Assembly: GCA_964276515.1 (NCBI GenBank)
Contig: OZ193909.1
Location: 8,804,001 to 8,868,000 of the forward strand
DNA length: 64,000 bases
Direction: 5' to 3'
DNA from: Gordius albopunctatus
Taxonomy: Eukaryota
The notes beneath the pieces were generated by a model. It was not told the DNA's origin. It did no database searches and saw only the letters and a list, made by a program, of their open reading frames with translations. Below, piece after piece: positions 25,839 to 38,099 of this stretch (position 1 is its first letter; every line of letters begins with the position of its first letter). A program made the translations under genes and the position numbers.

Positions 25839-27310
25839 CAGTGGCATAGCTAGAGCCCTGTGCGTGTCGCCCGAAGCCCAGCCCGATCTGGTTTTGGGTA
25901 GGGCTCGGGCAAAATCTTATAATATAATCGGGGCTCGGGTCGGGCCTGATGTGGCGGCCCGAATCAAACTAAAACAAATTAATCTCATAAAATAGGATTT
26001 AAATAAAATTCGATATTAAATAATTATTTTTCGCACAGCGTACATTATATAGCTTCCAAACTTTAGCTTTTTCCCTTGTCTATCATTATATAACTGACCT
26101 GAATTGCAAATCTTATTCAAGTATTTAAATACATTTATAGTAGCTGTTACAACTTTAGAAATAAGATAAGTAAATATTTCAAAAGGTTTTTTTTTGTTTG
26201 AACTGTTAAAAATATATATTATAAAGTTAAATTTTTAGCTTTAAATGATTAACCGAATAAATTATAACGAGTAAAAATTTTTTTATTTCAAACTTATCCT
26301 AGTTGTAAATACGTGTAATAACAATCTAATGCATTTTATATTAAGATGGTGAAATAATTTTCAATAATATATTTCTCAAAATTTTATTTAAAAAATCGGG
26401 TCGGCCAAAAATAAAAAATTTTTTCGGGCAGAAGAAATTTTATTTTGCAGGGCTCTAGGCATAGCTAGGGAGGCGGCCCCCCAAGACCAAAAACCAGGCC
26501 CCATGGCCCCCCCCCCATGGAAAAAATCTTGGGTAAGAAAATCTATGAAGATTATAATTATTTGTTTTTTGAATATAACTCCTATAATATTTACCTATCC
26601 ATATCTTAACCTTTATTATTCAAGCATTCACAACGCAGGCTTTAACCCCTACAGCCCAAATATTTGTTTAATAAATGCAATTTCAACGGTTAATAGCCTA
26701 ATATTAACTTTAAATGATATTAGAAATGAGGATAACTATCAAATTCTTTATAATAAGGCGAAAGATTTACCTTCAATTTTTGATTTAGTACCTTCTAAAC
26801 GCATTAAAAAACCAAAAAAATTATGACACTTTTTACTCTTTTCAATCCACCAATTCATTAATTGATTTAAAAATTGATTTATATTATCCTATCATCGATA
26901 ATATAATAGCAGAATTAAACATAAGATTTTCGGAAATCAATTGTAATCTATATAGGTACTTAGAAGGTCTCATTGGCGTAGCCAGCATTTGAATTAGAGG
27001 GGGGTAATAATGATTTATGGAGACAAAATAATTATTTTTTCAAATTTCAGCCATAATTTTAATAAATTTCAACAAAATTCTCTTTTATCAGAAGTACAAT
27101 AATTAACCATTATGAATCAAAACTGCAAGATGCCGAAATAATAATGGCGAAAATGATATTTTTCCACTTATTAAAATTTTGCCCTCAATAGTGTTTCCAA
27201 ATTTTATTATTTTGATTAAAATAATTTTAACTATCCCAATACCTTCATGTTCATGGGAAAGATCGTTCTCATTGCTAAAACAGATTAAAACTTATCTTCG
27301 TTCCACCAAT
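25839..27310 (+). mobile_element. Decayed hAT (Tip100/ZMYM-like) element
   Basis: CAGTGGCATAGC terminus; relic peptides LNDIRNEDNYQILYNKA, YYPIIDNIIAELNIRFS (about 26880-26930) and ERSFSLLKQIKTYLRST (about 27255-27310). Right end not located. Confidence 0.65.
25851..26457. mobile_element. hAT-type MITE (TAGAGCCCTG family) inserted into the terminus of another hAT
   Basis: TIR TAGAGCCCTG / CAGGGCTCTA; perfect 8-bp TSD GGCATAGC at 25843-25850 and 26458-26465. Confidence 0.9.
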
Positions 27311-27730
27311 TGGTTGCTTAGGCTGTTTTTAGCACGCCATAATATGCTGAAATATTGAGATTCCTCAGCTTAGTTGTAATTAGTTTGCTATGCGTTTAAT
27401 TAATTTGATATTTTTTTGGCTGAAAATGCTTAATTATTTTATTCTTTCAGTGTTAATTTTACAATCATCTGCTAAGTTCTAATTAGTTGTGCTTTTAATT
27501 TTTTATTGATTCTATATTTTTGTATTTAAATTGATTTTTTATTATTTTTATTTATTTCTACCAATTTTTTGGGAAATTTTGTGATTTTGTTTGGTAATCC
27601 TATTTTTTATTTAAATGCTATTTTTGGTTATTTATTAATCAGCTAGAGTAATCAAAAGAGTTTTTTGAGCTAAGATAATATTTAGATAACAAATTTTATT
27701 AATCCATTTGTATAAATAGACATATATATA

Positions 27731-30147
27731 TTATGGAAAATGTTTTAGCCAATTATTTAAACATAATATGTGCTGAAGAGTAGTCGATGACATGCGGTTC
27801 CGTTTCTTTGTCATAACGTCTCCGGCCTTAGAAAAGACCCTTTCCGCGGCAACCGATGACGCCTGTTGTGCAAGAAAGGATCTAGCCATAATGGCTAGAT
27901 TCGGAAACTCAATTGCGTTGGTTCTCCACCATGCTTACACGTCGCCATGAATTGAGATCCTCGTTTTTTGCGCGTATTTGAATAACTCATCATGCTCCGT
28001 GTTGAGATTTGCTAGATTTGCATCAAGCCTAAAATATATAATATATTAAGAAAATATTTAGTTACGTTTTCTTCATCACGATTCGGCTTAACCGTGAGCT
28101 TTTTGCCAATGAATTCATATTCAAACCTTCTCCCCCTTGGTATTCATTCTGGAAAACCTGATAAAACTCCTCTGAATAAAAAGAGTTTTTTAAGACATTT
28201 GGAATTATATTGACATCCATTCTGGGATCCAAGTACAAACACGCGTAATTTTCAAATGTGCTTACAAAGGGCATATAGCTATTCAGATTTTTAAGCATCC
28301 TTTCAACGGATGCCAAAATTACTGAATTCTTATTCGTTAGTTTGAGCTGGTTTAATTCTTCCAACATGTCTTCGAAAAACAAGATAACGGATCCTACGGT
28401 GTTATTTGTTTCAGAACTCAATTCGACCGTGAGATCGTAGAACGTTTTGAGCATCTCCTCGACTTCCTTTAACAATGCGATTTCATCTGAAGAAAACAGG
28501 AGGCTTTTGTGGCCTATGTTTTTATCTGCCAATACATTGAGGCAGGCAATATTCTAGTAAAAAATATTATTATATACTATTATAATGTACCTTATTAGCT
28601 TCAGCCAACATAAGGTACGTTGAGTTCCAACGTGTATTATTCTACTGGGGGATTTTGGTTTTCGTCATTTTCGCGTGGCTAAGTGACGGTGATTTTTTCT
28701 AGGTCTTCACCAAAAAATACATCTTCTCGAGTGGTCCTTCGATGGCCACCAAACCCTCCTTTACCATAAGGTTGATAATGTGACAGGCACATCTTCTGTG
28801 ATAAACTACCTTTGGGGCGTTCCTTTTAAACAAATTGCGGGCGTTGTCGGTGGTGATAGACAATATTTTGTCAGTAATATGGTATTCATCAAATACCCTG
28901 AGCAATTGATGGTATAGTATATCAGAAGTATGCGGGTGACATACTTCAACAATGTCAAGTAGTAGGGACTTGGGCTCCCATAAATCATTTATAAAGTGGG
29001 CCGTGATGGCCATGAACGAGGAGTTTTTTATAGACGTCCACACGTCTGTAGTAATAGATATCTTGGATCTAAGGGATAAAAGGATTGTCTTGATTTCCGT
29101 TTGCTTATTATCGAAAAGAGAAGCCAATTCCTTCTTCGCTGTTTTTTTGGTCCATATTATGACTGTTGAATTAAAATATTTTAGGATATTATCTAAATGC
29201 GCTGAATCGAATATTTTGATGGTAAGATTTTCCTGAACAACTAAATTCAAAATTCTTTTGTTAATATTTTCGTTCTGATCATCGGTTAATTTTTGATTCG
29301 ATAAACTATATTCTTTCTCCACCTCTATTTCCCCATGAGCGTTTTTATAGTGGAGTTTGATATTGCCTACAAATATATTATAAGTTATCGGCTAGGATAA
29401 TATAATGAATCGTTAAAAATACTTACTCGTTGATGTCTTGCGTCCAAAATGCTTTGGGCAACTAATACACTTCTTTCTAGATTTAGGAGTCCAAACAAAA
29501 CAGCTTTTTCTCCCCACATTTGATCTGGAAACATTCCCCGTACAGAGCGAATTATGCTTAAAACAAAATAATGGAGATAGGGGGGTTTCTACATGGGCGT
29601 AGCCAGCTTTCGGATCAGGGGGGGGGGGCGAGCAAAAAAAATTGCCGAGACTAAGTGAGAGCAAAAAAAAAAAAAGGTCGCCAAGACCTTTTTTGGTATT
29701 TAACGTTAGTAATTAAAATATTTTGCTATTCTTTGGCCTCAACCCACATAAAAACTCATTATTAATCAACAGTACAGTGTACAGAGGATATGTAAACGAT
29801 GTATGAAGGAACTAACACAAACGCAACTACTAATCTCAATATTTAATTCTTATATAATTTAAATCTGCGTCAAAAGGTCGTGAAATAAAATTTTCAACAT
29901 AAAACTTAATTTCAATCAGGGGGGGGGGGGCGAAACACTAATTTTTTCCAATTTTTACATAAATTTACATTAAAAAATAGAAAAATTCTCATTCAGGGGG
30001 GGGGGGCGCCCCCCCCCTGCCTACGCCCATGGGTTTCTATTATACCTCATCATCACCGATCAGGGAATTTATTATCGAAACATCCTGTAAATCTCCGCAA
30101 GGTATTATATCGTCTTGAGCTTGACTAGTAATAACGAGGGTAGTCAT
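27731..30147 (-). pseudogene. hAT (Ac-like, BED finger) transposase pseudogene with three spliceosomal introns
   Basis: BED finger CISC...HYKNAH, SITTDVWTS, SITTDNA, CACHIINL, TRWNSTYLML, and WWRTNAIEFPNLAIMARSFLA..SSVAAERVFS. Introns at 29426-29367, 28590-28554 and 28065-28029. In-frame stops and a MITE insertion are present. Confidence 0.9.
29592..30031. mobile_element. hAT-type MITE inserted in the transposase pseudogene
   Basis: TIR CATGGGCGTAG / CTACGCCCATG; perfect 8-bp TSD GGTTTCTA at 29584-29591 and 30032-30039. Confidence 0.9.
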
Positions 30148-30182
30148 AAAAAAAGTAATTAATATCCTCCTTAATAAATAAA

Positions 30183-32443
30183 GGGTGTTATTTAACTGCT
30201 AAGTAAATAATTACAAAACGCTAAGTATTTTATGCTAAGTATTTAATTAAAATGCTAAGTAAATAATTACAAAACGCTAAGTATTTTATGCTAAGTATTT
30301 TAATCTAAATGCTAAGTATTATAATCTAAATGCTAAGTATTTTAAAGAAAATGCTAAGTTTTTTATTTTAAATGCTAAGTATTTTATTTTAAATGCTAAG
30401 TATTTTATTTTAAAGTGCTAAGTTTTTTATTAAAATGCTAAGTATTTTTTTACAGAATTTTGTGCTAAGTATTTTTTTACAGAATTTTGTGCTAAGTATT
30501 TTGATAAAAAAATGCTCAGTATTTTATAAGAAATGCTAAGTTTTTTTTAAATGATAAATTTTTTAATGCAAGTTTTCTTGATATGTTAAGTTATCAAAAT
30601 GGTAAGTATTTTATTAGACAATATTGTGCTAAGTATTTTGATTATAAAAAGTAAGTTTTCTTTAAAATGCTTGGTTTCCTATTATTTTTTTTATTTTTAA
30701 ATGCTAAGTATTATTTGTTGATACCAAAAGTTTTGACAATTTAAAGGTAAGTGTCTATAACAATAATAAATTATTGAACTTTTTAATTTTATATATGACT
30801 ATATATTTGTGAAGAAATACCCCTTATATAGTATAATCAAACTGGCTAAAAGGATAATTGATAACTTTTATTAAATATAAAACAAAATTATAAAAACGAG
30901 AATAATATATATAATTATTGAATTATTAAAGCTTTTTTAGCCTTAGAAGGCCTACCTCTTTTTCTTTTTTGGCCTATAGCAACATTTTTAGCCTCTAAAG
31001 GAGGTTTACATAGTTTTAATGTAATGGCAAGTCCTATAATATGCTTGCACATGTAATTTCGAAAGTATGATGGGCAATTACATTGACCCTTTTGCCACAT
31101 ATTATCTTCTTGGGGGAGGATAATGGACCAAGACTTAAAATTTTGCATTTTAAAATCCTCGAAAGAGGCCCAGTTAACTATATTAATGCTTATATCTTGA
31201 TTTGTGGTTGAGCTTATTTGGCCCATTGGTAGCTCTCCGTCCAAAGCCTTGTAGTTATTGTTGGTGAAGAAGCCACAGTGGTTTGTTGCAACTGGTAACG
31301 TAAAGACCATTTCTTAACCATATCCATGGCAACAATTTTGAAACGTGCCAGAGGGATTCTTTCCCTTAAAGTATAAAAGTCTGTTGTCTAATATTCCTTT
31401 TGGTTTTAGACCCAATTCAAACATACGACGTACTTCAGTTTTGACCGAATCTTCAATTTTATTCAAAATTGAGGGAATTGAATCATGGGTGTGCATGGAA
31501 TCTGCATCATATACAATAACCCTGTCTGACGTTGATTCATAAAGCATATAACATCGTGCTTCGCATTGCACTCCACGAAACTTTACTTGATTATATCTAA
31601 GTATATTTATATATGCCACTTTAAATTACATTACCTGTAATAAACTTTGGTGCCTTCCTCGGTTTTATTTCGGTACCAGAAGCTCCATACTTTTTCGCCT
31701 TTGAGAGCCCTTTTAGCTTCAGATTCATTGTCAAAAGAAGCTCTCTTTAACCATTTAATTGATCTATATGGTTGCCTGGGATGAATTTCAAGCCCTGAGC
31801 TTCCTGCTTCTTCCTCATCATCTGATTTATAAGGCGAGATTCGTGTGATTTCCATATTAAGCAATTAATAAATGAACGCATGTATATCAAATCAGTTGTG
31901 ATTGTGAAAACACATTTATTATTGTCCGAGAAAATGCCATATTTAATGTTATATTAAAAACACTTCACTTAAATTATTATGATCTTAATTACTTAGCATA
32001 ATTTATTTTAATACTTAGCAATCTATTTTATTACCTAGCATAATTCATTTAAATACTTAGCAATTTATTTTATTACTTAGCATAATTTATTTAAATACAT
32101 AGCAATTAATTAAATACTTAGCAAAATTTAGTTAAATACATAGCAAAAAAATAAAATACTTAGCAAAAGAATTATATACTTAGCAAAAAAATAAAATATT
32201 TAGCAAAAAAATAAAATACTTAGCAAATGAATTAAATACTTAGCAAATGAATTAAATACTTAGCAAAATTTATTTAAATACTTAGCAAATGAATTAAATA
32301 CTTAGCATTTGATTTTAATACTGAGAATTAATTTAAATACTTAGCAAAGGAATTAAATACTTAGCAAATGAATAAAATACTTAGCAATGAAGCTAAAAAT
32401 ACTTAGCGATTCGAATAAAATACTTAGCAAATTTTTTGTTGTG
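30183..32443 (-). mobile_element. Foldback-type MULE/MuDR element, internally deleted
   Basis: Arms of about 500 bp made of TGCTAAGTA repeats (30197-30710) and their complement TACTTAGCA (31990-32430). 9-bp direct repeat ATAAATAAA at 30174-30182 and 32444-32452. Minus-strand SWIM finger (CNCPSYFRNYMCKH) plus KRGRP; N-terminal WSFWY...YYR|YN...C...H-x-H. Confidence 0.82.
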
Positions 32444-32637
32444 ATAAATAAAACACTTTTCAACTTTTTGCCGGGGGGGGGTGGGGTATTTCATTGACGC
32501 CACTGCCTGCAGCATGCCATTGCCATTTCTCTCGTAAATTAGGAAATACATTACATACATAAAAAATACCACTATATCCCCCCCCTCCTCTCTAATAATG
32601 TATCTGTCTCAGACACAGCACTGTGCTAGTAGCAGTA

Positions 32638-32720
32638 GCCTAAAGCATGCTAGAGTAGCCTAAAGCATGCTAAAGTAGCCTTAAGCACGCTAAAGTAGCC
32701 TTAAGCACGCTAAAGTATGC
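32638..32720. repeat. Minisatellite, about four 20-bp units
   Basis: GCCTAAAGCATGCTARAGTA / GCCTTAAGCACGCTAAAGTA in tandem, lying between two short direct repeats (about 32575 and 32840). Confidence 0.7.
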
Positions 32721-33343
32721 TATCAACAGCCTAAGCAACCTTTCCTATTATATATTAGCGCTTGCTTACGCTTAGCTCAGCATAGCTACTACATACATAA
32801 TACACAACACAGCGACAGCACACATACCAGCACCACACAATATCCCCCTCTAATAATAATCTATCTGTCTCAAAAGGGGGAATATCTAAATTTAATTAAT
32901 ATCTAGGTGGCGGTATAGTTTTAAATACTAAATATATTTTAATTTAGCTTACAATAAAAAATTTTAAACAATTGTAACTTTAACTTATTAATTATTGGAT
33001 TTTTTACTTATTATTAATATAATAATTTGTTAATATGATTTAATATTACAAAAAAATAAGAGAGAAATTTAGGGACTATAGTTTTCTCGAAATCCTTGGC
33101 TATATGTCAGAATATTGACCTTAGCTCACCTAACCTAAAGGTTTAGCATAGCGCTAATATCCACCTAATAGCGCTTAGGCTAATTTAACCTACTAAATCC
33201 ACCTAATGTTTTTAGGTCGATTTGGAGCTAATGCCTTGGCGAATAGGTTAGGCTTTCAAAACACCCTTAAGGTTTGCTATGAACCTTTAACCTAGCCTAA
33301 GGCTGACCTTCGGTTAACCCACGGCTAGGTTTTTCCCATCACT

Positions 33344-35671
33344 AAATTCCATGTTATCATATAAAAATAATAAAGAATCTAAATTTTCTGGTTTAATTCG
33401 CGTTCTTCTTTCTTCTAATGTTCTTCCAGCCACCGAGAAATTTCTTTCCGAAGTGGTAGAGGTAGCAGGTATAGCAAAAAATTTATTTGCCAGCTTATAA
33501 AGCCTTGTCAGGACTGTTTGATATGAAACCCACCATTTCAGCAAATCTTTTTTTGAATCATATTTGCAATCTTCATTTTTTGACGAAAGGTAAATTTAGA
33601 TTTCATCGGGGGCTTTATCTTCTTCCTGCTCATCTTCCCATTGATTAACTATTTTAAAATATAAATTAAATAATTTATTTTATGTAAAAAATATATATAC
33701 ATAATACATATTTAAATGTATGTTAATTACTTTTTTGTCTTTTTTTTGAGGCTGACTATCACTATTTGCCGCATAATTTTCAATCTCAGCTGCAGAATCT
33801 ACCAAAAAATCCTTAGACTCTAGTGTGGATCTTATTTCATTAATTACGCCTACTCGCTCATTTGGGGGGAGCATCCTGAGTTGGCGATAATTTGGGCATA
33901 AAAATGTGGCACTTTTATGTTGTTGAGTGATTAGAAATTTTGACTTGAGGGTGGTACAAATATCTTTTTTAAGATCATTAATTTCGTGATGTTCTTCAAA
34001 ATCATCAATTTGCTCGTGGTCTGATTGTGAAAGATCACTGAGTAATTGGTAATATTGAATCAATATATTGTGAAAGGTTGGGTGTTGATCAGCTTCCAGA
34101 ACTAAAGAAGCCGTTTTAAACGGCCGGAGTACTTCTATTAGTTTGGTCAGCAAATTTTTATCAATCACATCTATCTTCTCTGGCATATCAATAGAAGTTA
34201 GATATGTGGTCAGTTCCTTATACTCCTTCAATATGCTCTCAAACATGTCGAGTCTGGAGTTCCATCTTGTTTCTATTGCTTGATGCAATGTATGATTTAA
34301 ATATTTATTTTTGCCACTTTGTTTCATATATGTCGTTAGCTTTTTGCATGCTTGTATCAAGTCATTAATTTGAGGGTAATGGAATGTAAAATCATTTTTA
34401 TTGAATACGTTTCGTAGTACTGTATTCAGTAAATGGGACGTGCAATTCATTCGCTTATGATTTTGCAAGGCATTGACCATGTTAGAACCCTGATCGGTAA
34501 CGTAAGTTATCAATCTCATGTATTCCGTAGGGATGTGAAGTTTTTCAAAATTTACAGATATTTCTCTTAAAATATTTTCCCCTGTTTTTTTTCAACGTCT
34601 ATTTTTGAAGTGAAAAGAATAAGCTTATGTAGGATTGTTAAGTAGTTTATTTTGACAAAGTCATCTGTCGAGAGGTGGAGAGTGGCTGAACATGATTTTG
34701 CTTTTAAATGGGGGAGTAACTTTAATATTAATGCTTCTCTACTTACATCTGCAAGTTTTGCTGTATTCCTACTTAAGGTAGTCCTATCTGAAAGTAATTC
34801 ATCAACGTTTATATGACCATGAATGGCACCAATATTCAGAGCTTCTTGGAGCATTGCTCTGAATCCTTCCCCGTTAACGATTGAAAACGGTCGAATATCT
34901 TTTGAAATAAAATAAATTATATGCTTTTCAAATTTTTTTTAATTTTGTGATTTCAGCGAGAGGTTTGGTGACAAATTTGTCAAGTGTATTTTTAGCTGAA
35001 GTTTTTGGAATACATTTATGATGCAAAAGATGGGAACTACCTCGAATGGAATTATATGTGTAGATATGATGGCCTTTCTTGCATATAACATAACGGTGTA
35101 TGTATCATTTTCATTTAGAAGGTCAAAGTAACTCTAAATTTGACTTTTTCCATCTTCTTTTTTAACTTGTTTGAGAAGATTTTTTTAAAATTTTTTTATT
35201 ATTTCTTCCATGACGGTTTTTAATCTGATAAACAATATTGGTGTATTTGCTAGCTGTTAGAATCCAAATGATTATTTCCAACACCCCCCCCCCCCCATTA
35301 TTTTTTCCCCTTAAGTCAGCGTGACTCACACCAGACAATACCCTTGCTGCACCATGGAGATTAGATTGCTTCTAAGAAGGCAAGCTACATCATTCATGAT
35401 TACCCGAAATCAAGAGGGAAAGGAGCTACGCGTGTGCTTTAAGGAAAGGGGAGAGTGATTGATGATTTTCGGAGTTGAGTTGGAATAGAAAGAGATGCGT
35501 GTCTACGTCTAGCTAGGGAAATTGTGATAAATATATTAGGGTAAGGAGGTGGTATTGGGCATCAAAAATGGTAAAGTAAAAAAAAAATGCAAAGATAATT
35601 ACGAAAAGGTATACTAAAAATTATTAATTTAATTATTATTGTATCCGATCCGATCCGACTAAACACCTCTA
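33344..35671 (-). mobile_element. Decayed hobo/Hermes-like hAT transposon
   Basis: Relics RPFSIVNGEGF, DRTTLSR, VTDQGSNM, CTSHLLN, ETRWNS, and WW...AIPATSTTSERNFSVAG. 5' terminus TAGAGGTGT at 35671 with GATCC repeats and flank GTGCAAAC (fits the GTnnnnAC target). The 3' end is cut by another TAGTGATGGG terminus near 33343. Confidence 0.85.
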
Positions 35672-36565
35672 GTGCAAACAATAAACCTTTGGTAAACTAA
35701 GCTAACTGAGTATTTTTACTTTCATTTTTAGCACTCCTTGCAAATAGGAGGGGAATTATATGGTTACCTAGGCAATTTGAATAAAGCAACTCGAACATCG
35801 GTTACTTAGGAAAAACTTAACCTTTATTATTCGAGCATTCACAACTCTCACTATTCATAAATCTTAACCTTGTATTTGACCACTCATTATAATTTAAATC
35901 TCTCGTTATTATTCACACAAGTAAACTTACTAGATGTATATAATAAACACAATACAATATGTTACATAAAAGAATTCATTCTCTTGAATCATTTGGGTTA
36001 TATTAAAAGTAGAAACTTATTTCTCTACAAGTCATTGATTAAAAATTATTTACCAGCCTTTTAATCGCCAGTAGATTTAAGCTTGAGGCCATTATGATGT
36101 TTTTACGAAAACTACATTTTAAAAATGATTTTTTGCGTCCTAAAATCTTTTAAACTTAGTAATGTAAAATTTTTTTAACAAATATTGCCAACCTTCTATT
36201 ACAAAAATATTAATACTTATTTTATCAACTTAAATTTGTTAGTAGATAAGAGAAAAATAATATGCGATTTTGCCTTAACCTATAAATGGCTATAAAATTT
36301 AAGCTTATGCTCAAAATGGTTTAAATTAAAGGGAAAGGCTTAAATAATTTAACTGTAAAACTTTAAGATCAAACTCCTTTTTATTTTAAATTACAACGAG
36401 TTAAACTTATGGATCATATTGATCCGTAAAACCAAACGAAAATGTATTCAACCACCAAGTGGTTGATGAATCAAAGAGAAACATGAGGCAATAACTAAAA
36501 TTTAGTCTCCTCGATTGATGTTTATTTTTTGTGTTAATACAATACATAACAATCATTTTAATGCA

Positions 36566-38099
36566 TTATCCATCATCGATCGAAGACATGTCCAAACCCT
36601 CAATTTCCTCTTCGGCTTGAGTGTAAACGCTTTCGCGAGGTTCTCGCTCTTCGTCATACTGCAGCGCAGTGTCAATGTAGTACAAAAGGCTATTAATCGT
36701 GCCTTTTTTGTTCAAGTTGAGCGGTTGAAAACGGATCAAATCGTAACCGTCAATCACGGTAGCTAGCATATGGGTCAAACGTTGATATTTCGCTCCCATC
36801 TTCAAGCTCGAAGAATCAAGTAATTCTTCGAATAATTCCAAACTCGGTTCGGATAAACGTTCGATAAGATCTTGACTGGATGAAAAGCACGGAGCCTAAG
36901 TGCATATTGGACGGGATTTTATGTTTTTATCATTAATGACATTTAAGCATAAATTCAAACATAAAAACGTACGATTGTAATAATCGACCCCCCCTTTAAA
37001 TAATCCTTTAACGGAAAGCAAACAATGTAACCTGTCATATTACTAGAAAAGGGTTGGAGGATTTTATTTGTTTTACGATATCCATCTTCGAGAATACATT
37101 AACGAAATGTATTCCTTCGAGGTTGATCATAACCGAGAGGGCTGTAAGGGTCACCGAAAAATACTTATCCACATCGACCAAAAAATGCGCGGCGTCTACC
37201 ATGAAAACGCCGCATAATCTGAAATCACAACGGTTGCATAGGAAATTAACGAGGCGTTTCACGGCGGGTACGTGAGTGTACAACTCAATTTGGCCAGGGC
37301 AATCGAATACTACATAATCTCCGTCGACAAGCGCTTCCTCTAAGCGCTCTTTGAGCCAAGAAAAATCGTCCTTGGCGAGATATTCCATGCAATAAACCAG
37401 CGCACCATTGGGACCAATTATATTTTCTATACAAATAAATATGTGAAACTAAGTTAATGAACTCCAAATGACAAAGATTGCCTTTTCTGTCTAACTAACT
37501 TTATTATTAATAACTTTAAGTCGTTAAACGAAAAATATAGGCTCTGGAAATTCAAAAATATATTTTATTAACGCGTTTACAAATATAGTTTGTCTATCTA
37601 ATCTCAAATTTTGAAGTAAGCAAAAAATTTCAGGAGCTAAATAATTTCGCCTAGCCAAAAATTGATACTGACCATTAGCTATATGCTTTGTTTTCGTTGA
37701 TTGCTCTTGAGCACTTTTGACAGCATCTCGAACTTTATTCCCAAGTTCCGTTGGAGACTTAATAGTCCTTTCGTTGGCCTCGGACCCGGAATCTTGAGAA
37801 CTAAGGCTGCCTTCGTCGCCAGCCTCCTCTTCCATTTGCTCCATTACGTCGTTGACCGTGATAAGATCCCTGACGTCTATATCGTATTCAATTGTTCCTG
37901 AGCCAACAATTTCTCGGCTTAAAGGAGTTTGCGAGCCCGTTGGTTGCACATCCAAATCTTCTGCACCGGGGTCTAAGTTGACAATTTTGATGTTTCGTCT
38001 GTCGAGGCGCGAAACGCGACAGTGTTCGAGTAAGGCACGACAGTACGTTGATTTGCCGCTCCCAGCAGGGCCCATAACGAATTGACCAAACTTAGTCAT
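36566..38099 (-). CDS. GPN3: GPN-loop GTPase 3
   Basis: Exons 38099-37673, 37426-37044 and 36895-36566 join in phase. Motifs: GPAGSGKSTYC, VNLDP, GPNGALVYCMEYL, FDCPGQIELYTH, SKMD, IDTALQY. Confidence 0.93.

Noticed and set aside
30197..32430. Regularly spaced TGCTAAGTA repeats as a CRISPR array or telomeric repeat
   Set aside because: Spacers are short and low-complexity, there are no cas genes, the context is eukaryotic, and the arrays are inverted arms around a MULE relic.
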